A stretch of 64,000 nucleotides of DNA, taken from Macrostomum hystrix. Its lineage: Eukaryota > Animalia > Platyhelminthes. The DNA is taken from positions 26,970,001 to 27,034,000 of the forward strand of contig CATNEN010000001.1 of NCBI GenBank assembly GCA_950097015.1, written 5' to 3'. The notes beneath the pieces are model-generated. The model saw only the letters and a program-made list of their open reading frames with translations, ran no database searches and had not been told where the DNA came from. Positions 51,711 to 61,732 of this stretch are shown one piece after another; position 1 is the stretch's first letter; each line of letters starts with the position of its first letter. The position numbers and the translations under genes were made by a program.

Positions 51711-51812
51711 ATTATATAGGCTTTGGGGGTTGGCTAAAAACGAAATAATCATGGATACTGTTGTCAAGTCCTAACTCGCTTGCTATTGGCTGGCGCGGGA
51801 GGTGGGGTTAGG
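51711..51812 (-). promoter_or_regulatory. Putative internal promoter for ORF3 (TATA + CCAAT + GC-box-like)
   Basis: Minus strand cctatataat at 51711-51720 and agccaatag at ~51783-51791; G-rich gggaggtgggg at ~51798-51808. Confidence 0.5.
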
Positions 51813-52054
51813 CAGACTCACGGCTGTGTGGCGTGGGCCGGGAGAAAAGTGGCTGAACATAGTTTGAGCATAGTGAGCATAGCAAAATTTTCCTTTCTTT
51901 ATAAAACCTTTAAATTTCAATTTTAATCTTCAAGCAAAATGTTTTTGGAAAGCTGGCATCAAAACGAATACATTGGTTTTTAAATTTTTCAAATATCATA
52001 TGCCGTTCTCATTTTATTGACTGGCGGCACTAAAAAGGGCCGTTTAACTATTTT

Positions 52055-55000
52055 CTACTGTCCATTATTCATTCTCTCGTAGTTAATCGCATTGTTACGT
52101 GGTCTAAGATTATATCTTGCTTCAGGAACTTGGTCCTCTTCATACTGCTCAGCTTCTTGTTCGATTGGTTCATCTTCTTCAGCTTCTTCTTGAATTTCTT
52201 CCTCAATTTCTTCTTCTATTACACTCTCAATTTCTTCTTCTTCAGATTCTTCAATGTCTTCAGGCTCTCTTATTCTCCACTGTAATCTTCTTTCATCTTC
52301 TTCTTCTTCTTCTTTTTCTTCTTCTTCTATCACAATTTCTTCTGTTCTCTTCTTCTCCTTGACTTTTGTCTTCTGCTTACTAATCTTCCCTCTCTTAATT
52401 TTTGGCTCTGTCTTTTCTTCTTGTTGTTCTTCTGGAATTTCTCTCTCAGAGTTCGGGACTGGTGTGAGGTTGTTTCGGTGAACCAACATTTTCTCACCTG
52501 TTCTCGTTCCTTCAATTTCCTTCTGCACTCGGAAAACTGTGTCACTCATCTGCGCTAATACTCGGTATGCTGCGCGCTTTTTGCGATGGAATTTGTTGCT
52601 TTCATCGACATGCAATTGTGGGTTGTTGATTAGAGCTAAGCATCCTACTGGGATAATCTTAGGCTGTTTACTCTCAGCAGAGATTTCTTCTCGTTTGTCT
52701 CGAATTTTCTCTAACTTCTTCTGAACTATTCCTCTGACTTCTTCGAGTCGCTTCGCATGATCAGCTACATAGCTCGGATAATCACTGTACTGCTTCGGCT
52801 TCTTAATAATGTTATCAATGGGCAAATCTGCTTCTCGGCCAAACAGTAAGTAATGTGGAGTGAATCCAGTAGTCTGGTTCACACTTGTTCTGACAGCTAC
52901 TAGTGCGGCTGGGATTAGCAAATCCCAATCAGAGTGATCTTTCTCCACTAGACAGGTAATGATTGACTTGATTTGTCTATTAAATCTCTCGACCAGTCCG
53001 TTACTTTGTGCATGATAAGGCGTTGTGCAGGTATGTTTGATTCCATACAGAGCACAAAATGCCTGAAACTGCCTACTCACGAATGTCTTACCATTATCGG
53101 TATGTATCCACTGACACTGGCCGTATTCACTAAAAATTCTCTCTTGGATCAGCTTAATGACGGTGTCGGACTTTTGATTCCGAATTGGGAAAGCGAACGG
53201 GAACTTAGTGGTACTATCCACAACAGTGAGTACATAACGGTATCCTCGCTTACTTTCTTTGGAGATTGGGCCGATAATGTCAATGTGCAGCCGGTGAAAT
53301 GGTTCGCAGATTGGGAACGTCTGTACCGGCGCTTGCACTTTACTGCCGACCTTACTCTCTAGACACGGAATACACTCCGAAATATATCGCTCAATAGAGG
53401 TCACCAATCCTGGTTTCCAAAACCTCTCACGAACACGCTGAATGGTTTTATCACGCCCTAGATGACCTGCGAGAGGACTGTCGTGCAATTCTTTTAGCAC
53501 ATCCTTCTCAATAGCCTCTGGCAAAACCACTTTCCTTTTTCCGTCTTCTTCAATCACCAGCATTTCATCTTCGATTCTCATGTGTTCATAAAACTTCGCC
53601 ATTTTCTTCAATTCTTTACTCGCGTTCTCAGGTACTTTTGGCTCTCGGACATCTTGTTCCTTCCAATCTATCAGTGTCCTTATAGAGGGATCTTCATGTT
53701 GAGCTGTTGTCAACTGTTCCTTCTTTAACGGGACATTGAGATAGTCGGTTAGAAGTTTCCGACACACGGCCTCATTATGTAATTCTTCCTCAAAATAGTC
53801 TCTAGCATCTTCATATTCTTCATAATCATCGTCTTCTTCGTCTGAGGACTCAATTTCTCTAGTCAGGGAAGTTTGACAGCTCTGATGCACGAGGCTTGGG
53901 CTGCATTGAGACTGTTGTTCTGACATTTCTTCTCTTGAATTAACTGACTGGTTTCGATTCACTGTAATGGCAGGAGGCTCAGCTTCTACCTGTGGTTCTT
54001 CCTTCTGGACCTTTTCTTCGTTGGACTTTTCCGGTGGTCTTCTAGATAGGCTGTCTGCATTTCCATGCTTTGCTCCACTTCTATGCTCAATATCATATTG
54101 GAATTCGCTCAATCTCTCAATCCATCTTCCTAAGATTCCTTGCGCCTCGGTTTGTCTCAGCAACCATAAGATTGCCTTATGATCTGTGCGAGCCAGAAAC
54201 CGTTTGCCTATTAGGTAGAACCTGAAATGCTTCATCCCGTCTACTAGTGCAAGCAATTCCTTCCTTGTAATCGGGTATCTCTTTTCAGATTCCTTCATCG
54301 CTCTGCTAAAATATGCTATGGGCCTTTCAACTCCATCAGATTGAATCTGACCTAGGCAGGCGCCAATTCTTCCATCGCTAGCATCTGTATCAAGCACCAT
54401 TCTTACATTTTCATCATCCGTGAACTCAGGATATGCCAGTACTTCAGTGGAAGTCATCTTCCTTTTGAGTAGCTCAAAAGCTTCATCATGTTTTTTAGTC
54501 CACTTTTCCTTAAAGTTCTGGATTCCTTTCTTGGTTAACTGGAATAGCGGATTCGCTGCTTCGGCATAGTTCCGAACAAATCTACAATAGTAGTTACATA
54601 GTCCGAGAAAACTTCTTAGCTCCTTGACATCCTGTGGTGTTGGCCAGGTCTGGATTGCCTCTATTTTGGCAGGATCGGTACTTATTCCTTCTCTTCCAAC
54701 AACATGACCTAGGTATTTCAATTCCTTTTGAAACAGATTACACTTCTTAGGTCTCAGCTTCAGTCCAGCAGTTGATAGTCTTTGAAATACTTCTCGTAGG
54801 TGGCTCATATGATCTTCAAATTCCTTTGAATAAGTGACAATGTCATCAATGTAGGACATAGCGTACTTGTGCTGGATACCCATTAACACTAGGTTCATCA
54901 GTCTCTGGAATGTTCCTGGGGCATTTGATAAGCCCTGAGCCATCACTTGATATTCAAACTGTCCTCGAGTCAAGGTGGAGAAGGCTGTTATGAACTTATG

Positions 55001-56581
55001 TTCCTCCTTGATGGGTACCTGCCAGTAACCGGAGTTCAAGTCTAGGCTGCTGAAGTAGTTGCTTCCAGTCAGATGCGAGAAAGTCTCTTGTATATTCGGC
55101 AATGGGTATGGATAGTAGTTGACACGAGAATTCAACACTCGAAAGTCACTAACAATCCTGATAGTTCCATCTTTCTTTGGCACTATCACCAATGGTGTCG
55201 AGTATGTACTATAACAAGGTCTTATTAAATTCTTTACAAGCATGTCATCAAGCTGTTCGTCTACTTGCTTCTGTAGATGTGGTGGAATTCTGCGGGTTGG
55301 AATCCTGACCGGAGTAGCATCTTTTAATGAGATCTCATGGGTTACCAGGTGGGTCAGACCCATGTCTTGATTAGTCTGAGAGAAGGCTGATCTATTCTCC
55401 TTTACTAACTCAACTACTCTTGCTCTTTGCTCTGCTGTTAGCTCTTCACTGATGTTAATCTCTTTGATCCATTCATCATCCTCCTCAGCTTCATTGCTTT
55501 TTACTGTCTTGATTCCTCCATCAGTCTTTGCATTAGGTAATTTTTCCTCTTTCTGACTATTCAGGTAAACCAGATCTTTTACTTTTAATGGCTTTGCGAC
55601 TCCAATGAAAGTTGACTTGGATAAGCGAACATCGCTACTTTGCTGATTGATTACTTCCACTACACCTTCTCCGTTCGTCATTGTTACAAGAGTCGGACTT
55701 ATTTCCAGACTACCTTCTTTTGTGATTATACTTCCTCCGGATCGCTCAATTACCATAGGTGTGCCATGATTTGCTTCATTATTTCTGGCCAATTTTACAG
55801 GTATTCTCAATGCACTATTAGCTGGTATAATAATTCTTTCTTGGCAATATACTCGGCAGACTCTGACTGGTAGCTTAGTGAATCGAATAGGAAGGCAGAT
55901 TCCATCCTTCATCATTAACATTCCTTTTGTGAAGCTGACATTCTCGCAATGATTCATAAAAAACTCCATGCCTAGGATATCATCACAGTCGTGACTGCAC
56001 AGCAAAAACTCTGTCTCGATTTCAACATCTCCAAATCTGACCTTTGTCGTAATTTCACCTTCAATTCTGACTTTCGATCCATCAAATGTGGTTACTCTTC
56101 TATCTGACGGCTCAATCTCATGACTTTTGAACATCTTTTTCCATGAACATTTACTAAGAAAATTATGACCGGCTCCAGTATCTAACAAGAAATCAACTTT
56201 CTGTTTCCGAATCTCTCCACTCACAACAGCTTCACGTCCTTTCTTGATCGGTTCTTCATATTCACTGGTCTCTGGGGTAATTTCGGCATGTACCTCTGTA
56301 CTTTTAATCTTCTCATTCAAGTTTCCACGCGTAGGTGCATAATCGCATTTAGGTGCAAGCGGCTTATTTACAGTGGGTGCATTAGGTGCATAATAATTCG
56401 CATGACTATTTACACTCTTCTTTGGCAAATAAAACTTATTATACTCGTCACTTCGCTTATGTACAAACTTCTTCTGATTAACCTTATACGCATTATTTAC
56501 AAATTCAGAGGCCTGAGCTTCGTACTTTCTATTTCTTGAGGGGCGTGGTCTCGCAGTTCGACCCTCGGCAATCAGTTTCCC
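52055..56581 (-). CDS. pol: Gypsy pol (protease-RT-RNase H-integrase), reached by -1 frameshift
   Basis: Motifs LLDTGAG, YIDD, DTDASD, TDH, HHCC (HDSPLAGH..CIPC) and DDE (HIDIIG/HTDNG/VERFN). The frame is open back to the GGGAAAC site at 56581. Confidence 0.95.
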   Translation of the reverse strand, partial: GKLIAEGRTARPRPSRNRKYEAQASEFVNNAYKVNQKKFVHKRSDEYNKFYLPKKSVNSHANYYAPNAPTVNKPLAPKCDYAPTRGNLNEKIKSTEVHAEITPETSEYEEPIKKGREAVVSGEIRKQKVDFLLDTGAGHNFLSKCSWKKMFKSHEIEPSDRRVTTFDGSKVRIEGEITTKVRFGDVEIETEFLLCSHDCDDILGMEFFMNHCENVSFTKGMLMMKDGICLPIRFTKLPVRVCRVYCQERIIIPANSALRIPVKLARNNEANHGTPMVIERSGGSIITKEGSLEISPTLVTMTNGEGVVEVINQQSSDVRLSKSTFIGVAKPLKVKDLVYLNSQKEEKLPNAKTDGGIKTVKSNEAEEDDEWIKEINISEELTAEQRARVVELVKENRSAFSQTNQDMGLTHLVTHEISLKDATPVRIPTRRIPPHLQKQVDEQLDDMLVKNLIRPCYSTYSTPLVIVPKKDGTIRIVSDFRVLNSRVNYYPYPLPNIQETFSHLTGSNYFSSLDLNSGYWQVPIKEEHKFITAFSTLTRGQFEYQVMAQGLSNAPGTFQRLMNLVLMGIQHKYAMSYIDDIVTYSKEFEDHMSHLREVFQRLSTAGLKLRPKKCNLFQKELKYLGHVVGREGISTDPAKIEAIQTWPTPQDVKELRSFLGLCNYYCRFVRNYAEAANPLFQLTKKGIQNFKEKWTKKHDEAFELLKRKMTSTEVLAYPEFTDDENVRMVLDTDASDGRIGACLGQIQSDGVERPIAYFSRAMKESEKRYPITRKELLALVDGMKHFRFYLIGKRFLARTDHKAILWLLRQTEAQGILGRWIERLSEFQYDIEHRSGAKHGNADSLSRRPPEKSNEEKVQKEEPQVEAEPPAITVNRNQSVNSREEMSEQQSQCSPSLVHQSCQTSLTREIESSDEEDDDYEEYEDARDYFEEELHNEAVCRKLLTDYLNVPLKKEQLTTAQHEDPSIRTLIDWKEQDVREPKVPENASKELKKMAKFYEHMRIEDEMLVIEEDGKRKVVLPEAIEKDVLKELHDSPLAGHLGRDKTIQRVRERFWKPGLVTSIERYISECIPCLESKVGSKVQAPVQTFPICEPFHRLHIDIIGPISKESKRGYRYVLTVVDSTTKFPFAFPIRNQKSDTVIKLIQERIFSEYGQCQWIHTDNGKTFVSRQFQAFCALYGIKHTCTTPYHAQSNGLVERFNRQIKSIITCLVEKDHSDWDLLIPAALVAVRTSVNQTTGFTPHYLLFGREADLPIDNIIKKPKQYSDYPSYVADHAKRLEEVRGIVQKKLEKIRDKREEISAESKQPKIIPVGCLALINNPQLHVDESNKFHRKKRAAYRVLAQMSDTVFRVQKEIEGTRTGEKMLVHRNNLTPVPNSEREIPEEQQEEKTEPKIKRGKISKQKTKVKEKKRTEEIVIEEEEKEEEEEDERRLQWRIREPEDIEESEEEEIESVIEEEIEEEIQEEAEEDEPIEQEAEQYEEDQVPEARYNLRPRNNAINYERMNNGQ

Positions 56582-57534
56582 TGCGCCCGATAGCGCGGTT
56601 GTCTGGACTCTTGACAGAATCTGGCCATATGACCTGGCTTTCCACAGTTGAAACAGGTTCTGGGTTGCTGCTGTTGCTGCATCATTGGCTGTGGCCTGTT
56701 GTTATTACGAAATCCTGCCTGCTGTTGCTGGCTAGGCGGGGGTTGGGCTCTGACAGCCTGGGCGTACGTCTGACGCTGTGGATTCTGTAGAAACTGCTGC
56801 TGCTGTTGCATTTGCTGTTGCTGATAGCCATCTTTCTTCTCTGTTAGTTCTTGTAGCATTTTCCGCTGCTGAGCCAGCTCCATCATCTGTTTCCTCACCA
56901 GTTCTTCCAACCTTTCCCGAGCAAGCTTCTCTTGCTGGTTATCCTCATCTTCCTTGGCCATTCTTACACCAGAATTATTTCTGTGTGACATACACCAGGC
57001 AGCCTCTATGCGCCTGAGAATTCTCTTCGCATCCTGCAGATTCGCTGGCTGGGCGAAAATCAGCTTTTCTCTGGTCTCTGTCGGAACCTTGGCTCCCCTA
57101 ATAAACTGCTCTACCAGCTCTTCTTCTCGCTGTTCTATCGTCATATTAGGAAATGCCCTTGCGGCTAATTCAATCAAGCAATCGGAAAATGCTTCAGCAG
57201 ATTCATTTCTTCCTTGCATCCTTCCTCGAAATTCCTCTCGACATTCCGCAGAACTGCCAGTTCTTCCAAATCGCTCAATAAGTCTGTCTTTGAACTCTTG
57301 ATATTCTAGATCTTCAGGAAGGTTCATTCGTTGAACTGCAGCGAAGGCCGTTGATAAGTCCAGATTGGCAAGCACTTCCTGCTTCCTGTTTTCTTCCGGA
57401 AAATCATCTGCATCACATCGGAGATCAAATGCCAGCAGCCACATCCTGATGTCTTGTCCTGGCTTAAATTTCTCAATTTTCACATGGCGCGTTGGCCCGA
57501 TTTCGAGTCTGTTTCTCAGTTCCTCGGCTAACAT
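56572..57534 (-). CDS. gag: Gypsy gag with CCHC zinc knuckle; original first codons displaced to 61733-61740 by the nested insertion
   Basis: CFNCGKPGHMARFC knuckle and capsid-like FRGRMQGRNES. Removing the insert restores ATG GCT ATG TTA GCC. Confidence 0.92.
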   Translation of the reverse strand: MLAEELRNRLEIGPTRHVKIEKFKPGQDIRMWLLAFDLRCDADDFPEENRKQEVLANLDLSTAFAAVQRMNLPEDLEYQEFKDRLIERFGRTGSSAECREEFRGRMQGRNESAEAFSDCLIELAARAFPNMTIEQREEELVEQFIRGAKVPTETREKLIFAQPANLQDAKRILRRIEAAWCMSHRNNSGVRMAKEDEDNQQEKLARERLEELVRKQMMELAQQRKMLQELTEKKDGYQQQQMQQQQQFLQNPQRQTYAQAVRAQPPPSQQQQAGFRNNNRPQPMMQQQQQPRTCFNCGKPGHMARFCQESRQPRYRAQGN

Positions 57535-57537
57535 AGC

Positions 57538-60500
57538 TGTTGTGGGTTTCGTTACGATAATTCCGTAAATAGTTTTCTAGAACTTTCTACCACTTGCTAT
57601 AACACTGTTGTTTCCAGAATCTTCTCTGCGCTTCCGCCGCGGGCTATCTATGAGAACTTTCTAGAAAGTTCTCCCACTCGCTCCCCAGGCTATAAATAGA
57701 AACCCCCGCGCGGTGCACACACTCAAGACCCTTTCCAGTATTTAATAATACTGCTGTTACAAATATACGCTTATCCAGTCGACTGCCGAGTGCTCCTTTC
57801 GGCGCTATACTTACATTTACCAACACTACAATTGGAATCTCTGTATTCGTTACTTCAAGAATACAACAGGGATTTTTCTGGCGTCGCAAGCAGGATCTTG
57901 ATCAACTTCGAGGACGTCTAATCTACAACGACTGTCACTATTGACCGAAGGATCAAGCTACTACAATCATGCCCGAAACGATGCAAGACGAGGACATAAT
58001 CAGCCTCCTACGGCAGCAGATGGAAGAAGAGCGCCAACAGCGGAACGCTGACCGGCAGATGATGCTCGACCTCATTCGGTCTCTAAAGCCTGCAGCGGAC
58101 CAGTCCCAGGCTGCAGCTTTGCCGACGCATGTGACGACGTCGACTCCGAGTTTCTCGCCATTCGACGCCACGTCCGAGCTCTGGCCCGACTACTTGGCCA
58201 GATTCTGCACCTTCACGGGCGCGAACTCCATACCCGACGACAAGAAGGCTCAGGTGTTCCTGACGAACCAGTCTCCGTCTGTCTACAAGCTTCTCTCAAA
58301 CTTGGCAGCGCAGCAGACGCCGCGGAAGGAGATCAACACGCTCACTATGGACGAGATTGAGAAGTTCATGGAAGAACAGTATGACACCAAGCGCTTCATC
58401 GTGCGGGAGCGTTTCCGGTTCTGGAGCGACATGCGGCGGAAACCAGGTGAGACGATCCAGGAACTGGCTGCGAGAATCCGCCAGGATGCAACCACCTGCG
58501 ATTTCTCTTCCATCAAAGATCCACTGGACGAGGCGCTGCGCACGCGTTTCATCTGCTCAGTGAGGAACGAAGCAGTACTCAAAGCTTTGTTCAAATTAAA
58601 GGTGGAAGAGCTCACGTTCGCCCGGGCTGTCGAGATCGCCATCGAGACAGAGGAAGCCGCCCGAGTCGCCAAGGAGACGGTTTACGGCGACAAATCCAGC
58701 CCCGTTAACAAGGTTAAGCAGAAGGTTCGGCGACCCGGAGCCACTTCGGCGAAATTTACGACAGATTCTACTGCTTCCAGGTCTACTACTGACTCTGCGT
58801 CTGGTTCGTGCTACCGCTGCGGAGCGAAGAACCATCGGGCAAACGATTGCCGATTCAAAGACGCGACCTGCCGGCACTGCAAAAAGGTGGGTCACCTAGA
58901 ACCTGTCTGCCGTTCCAACGCCAAAGGATCTGCCCCTGCGGCGAACTTCAAGAAGCCAGTGAAACAGGTCGAGGAGCATGTGCTTGTACATGCTGTAGCC
59001 CGAACCGAGGACGACCTGCCTAAGCTGGAAGTGTCGATCCACATCCAAGGCAAGGCTCTCGCCATCGAGGTCGACACTGCGACAAACGGCAACTTCATCA
59101 CAGAGTCATTCTGGAAGAAGCTGGGGACGCCGCCGCTCGAAGTAGCGAAGTCACGCTACGAGTCCGCCAGCCGACACGACTTACCTGTACTAGGTACCTT
59201 CGTCGGGAAAACGACATTGCCTGGCTCAGCTCCTGAGCACGACATCCAGTACATCGTCACACAGGTGCCCGGCTTGAATCTACTCGGCCGGACCGCCACG
59301 AAGCTGTTGGGAATCTCCGTCGACAAACTGCTCGGCGCTGCCAGCGCCATTCAAGAAGTCAACGCAGTGTTTGACCATCTGTCGCCGGACGAGGCTCTTC
59401 AAAAGGCCTGCCGAAATCTTTGCGACGAATTCCCGGACCTGTGGAAGGACGAGCTGGGTTGCCTCAAGGACTTCAAGCTCGAGTTGCAGTTTAACCCGGA
59501 TGCAAAGCCGGTGTTCCGGAAGGCTAGGCCTGTCCCCTTCGCCATCCGCGAGGAGCTCGAGCGCGCCTACGACGAGGGCATCAGGAGAGGCATCTGGGAG
59601 CCTACTGACTTCAATGACTACGGGACGCCCGTGGTCCCCGTGCGAAAGCCCTCGACCGGCTCAGAGCAGCCGAAACTGCGAGTCTGCGGAGACTACTCGT
59701 GCACTATCAACCCGCAGCTGGAAGACAACCGTCACCCGCTGCCCCTCCCAGAGGAACTGCTACAGAAGCTGGGAGGCAGCTACTGCTTCTCAAAGGTAGA
59801 TCTGGCCGACGCCTACAACCAGATCGAGTTGGGACCGATGAGTCAGAGGCGCCTAGCACTGAGCACCCACCGGGGTGTGCTTCTTCAGAAGCGGCTCGCT
59901 TTCGGCCCGAAGTCTGCAGTGGGTGAGTTCCAGTTCATCATGGAAATGGTAGCCGGTGATCTGCCCGGAGTCGTTTTCTACTTGGACGACTACCTGGTCG
60001 GCGGCGCGACCGCTGATGAGCATCTCGCAAACCTACGCCGGCTTTTCCAACGCCTTTCTGACAAGGGACTTCGCTGCCGACGGGAGAAGTGCAAATTCGC
60101 CATGCCCAGCATCGAGTACCTTGGCTATGTACTGTCGAAAGAAGGCATCGCCAAGGGAACCAAGGTGGACGCTGTCCGCGAAATGCCTCCACCAAAGGAC
60201 GTGTCCAGCCTCCGGTCATTCCTCGGCTCGGTCCAGTTCTACGCAAAGTTTCTGCCGCCAAGCATGGCCACGATCTCCGAGCCGCTGTACCGGCTCACCA
60301 GGAGGGACACACCGTGGACCTGGAAAGACGCAGAGCAGCGGGCCTTCGACCAGATCAAGGAGGAGCTCTCGTCGGACAACGTGCTGGTCCACTACAATGC
60401 CGACCTCCCTCTCGGGCTCTCCTGCGACGCATCCAACGTCGGGATCGGCGCCGTCCTGTTCCACCGCTACCCGGATGGTAGCGAGCGGCCGATCGCCAAC

Positions 60501-61732
60501 GCTTCAAAGTCTCTGACGGATGCTCAGCGCCGCTATCCTCAGATTCAGAAGGAAGCCCTTTCAATCATCTTCGGCCTAAAGAAGTTTTTCCAATACTTGT
60601 TCAACCGCAAGTTCATCCTAGTCACGGACCATAAGCCGTTGATTTCTCTATTCGGGCCCGAGAAGGAGACACCAGTGATGGCGGCAAACCGACTGGCTCG
60701 TTGGGCGAACCTGCTCCACAATTTCACCTACGAAATCGAGTACCGCCAGACGAAGAGTCACGGAAATGCGGACGCCCTGAGTCGCCTGCCAGTCGGAGAC
60801 GACCTAGACTTCGACGGGGAGGAGAGCACAGCCGACTTCGACATGGTCTGTGCGATCAAGGTCCTGAGCCTGCAGATCCGGCCGGCTGACGCCTCAGCCG
60901 TAGCCAAGGAATCATCGAGGGACCCAGTCATCTCCACCGCCATGCGCTACTGTCGAGAAGGCTACAACGTCGGAGATCCGGTCTACGCTCGCTACTACGG
61001 ACCACGCCGCGAGAAGGAAGGCCGCTGGGTTCCGGCAGTGGTCACCAAGCGGCACGGCAGCCGCAGCGTCAACGTCAAGGTTGTCCCAAGCGGCCCGGTG
61101 TGGCGACGGCACTTCGACCAGCTTCAACCGCGACACGTGTCCGCGGAAGACAGCGAGCCAGGATCACTGCCGACTCAACAAAACGAAACGGCCGGCCACC
61201 TGATGCTGCCGGCCACACCAGCGGTGGCACATCCAGGATCTCGACCCAGGCCTCCAGGATGGCGAGCGCCGGACCAAGTCCAACACCCGCCGCCCTACGG
61301 ACCAGATAATCCACGACGGTCGGCTAGGCAGCGAAAGCCACGGCTACAAATGGACTTATAGACTTTCTATCAGCTGTACTCACAGTTTTGGTGGGGAGGT
61401 GTTGTGGGTTTCGTTACGATAATTCCGTAAATAGTTTTCTAGAACTTTCTACCACTTGCTATAACACTCTGTTGTTTCCAGAATCTTCTCTGCGCTTCCG
61501 CCGCGGGCTATCTATGAGAACTTTCTAGAAAGTTCTCCCACTCGCTCCCCAGGCTATAAATAGAAACCCCCGCGCGGTGCACACACTCAAGACCCTTTCC
61601 AGTATTTAATAATACTGCTGTTACAAATATACGCTTATCCAGTCGACTGCCGAGTGCTCCTTTCGGCGCTATACTTACATTTACCAACACTACAATTGGA
61701 ATCTCTGTATTCGTTACTTCAAGAATACAACA
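57538..61732 (+). mobile_element. Nested Ty3/Gypsy (Mag/K02A2.6-like) LTR element lacking integrase
   Basis: LTRs 57538-57868 and 61400-61732 (TG..CA) differ by a 2-nt indel. 5-bp TSD ATAGC at 57533-57537 and 61733-61737. PBS TGGCGTCGCAAGCAGGAT at 57879 (probably tRNA-Ser); PPT ggtggggagg before 61400. Confidence 0.95.
57969..61361 (+). CDS. Single gag-pro-RT-RNase H polyprotein (1130 aa) with in-frame loss of the integrase zinc finger and core
   Basis: Two CCHC knuckles, VDTAT protease, YLDD, CDAS and TDHKPL. MRYCREG then runs straight into YNVGDPVYAR..W...RRHFDQL, the integrase C-terminal tail. Confidence 0.92.
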   Translation: MPETMQDEDIISLLRQQMEEERQQRNADRQMMLDLIRSLKPAADQSQAAALPTHVTTSTPSFSPFDATSELWPDYLARFCTFTGANSIPDDKKAQVFLTNQSPSVYKLLSNLAAQQTPRKEINTLTMDEIEKFMEEQYDTKRFIVRERFRFWSDMRRKPGETIQELAARIRQDATTCDFSSIKDPLDEALRTRFICSVRNEAVLKALFKLKVEELTFARAVEIAIETEEAARVAKETVYGDKSSPVNKVKQKVRRPGATSAKFTTDSTASRSTTDSASGSCYRCGAKNHRANDCRFKDATCRHCKKVGHLEPVCRSNAKGSAPAANFKKPVKQVEEHVLVHAVARTEDDLPKLEVSIHIQGKALAIEVDTATNGNFITESFWKKLGTPPLEVAKSRYESASRHDLPVLGTFVGKTTLPGSAPEHDIQYIVTQVPGLNLLGRTATKLLGISVDKLLGAASAIQEVNAVFDHLSPDEALQKACRNLCDEFPDLWKDELGCLKDFKLELQFNPDAKPVFRKARPVPFAIREELERAYDEGIRRGIWEPTDFNDYGTPVVPVRKPSTGSEQPKLRVCGDYSCTINPQLEDNRHPLPLPEELLQKLGGSYCFSKVDLADAYNQIELGPMSQRRLALSTHRGVLLQKRLAFGPKSAVGEFQFIMEMVAGDLPGVVFYLDDYLVGGATADEHLANLRRLFQRLSDKGLRCRREKCKFAMPSIEYLGYVLSKEGIAKGTKVDAVREMPPPKDVSSLRSFLGSVQFYAKFLPPSMATISEPLYRLTRRDTPWTWKDAEQRAFDQIKEELSSDNVLVHYNADLPLGLSCDASNVGIGAVLFHRYPDGSERPIANASKSLTDAQRRYPQIQKEALSIIFGLKKFFQYLFNRKFILVTDHKPLISLFGPEKETPVMAANRLARWANLLHNFTYEIEYRQTKSHGNADALSRLPVGDDLDFDGEESTADFDMVCAIKVLSLQIRPADASAVAKESSRDPVISTAMRYCREGYNVGDPVYARYYGPRREKEGRWVPAVVTKRHGSRSVNVKVVPSGPVWRRHFDQLQPRHVSAEDSEPGSLPTQQNETAGHLMLPATPAVAHPGSRPRPPGWRAPDQVQHPPPYGPDNPRRSARQRKPRLQMDL

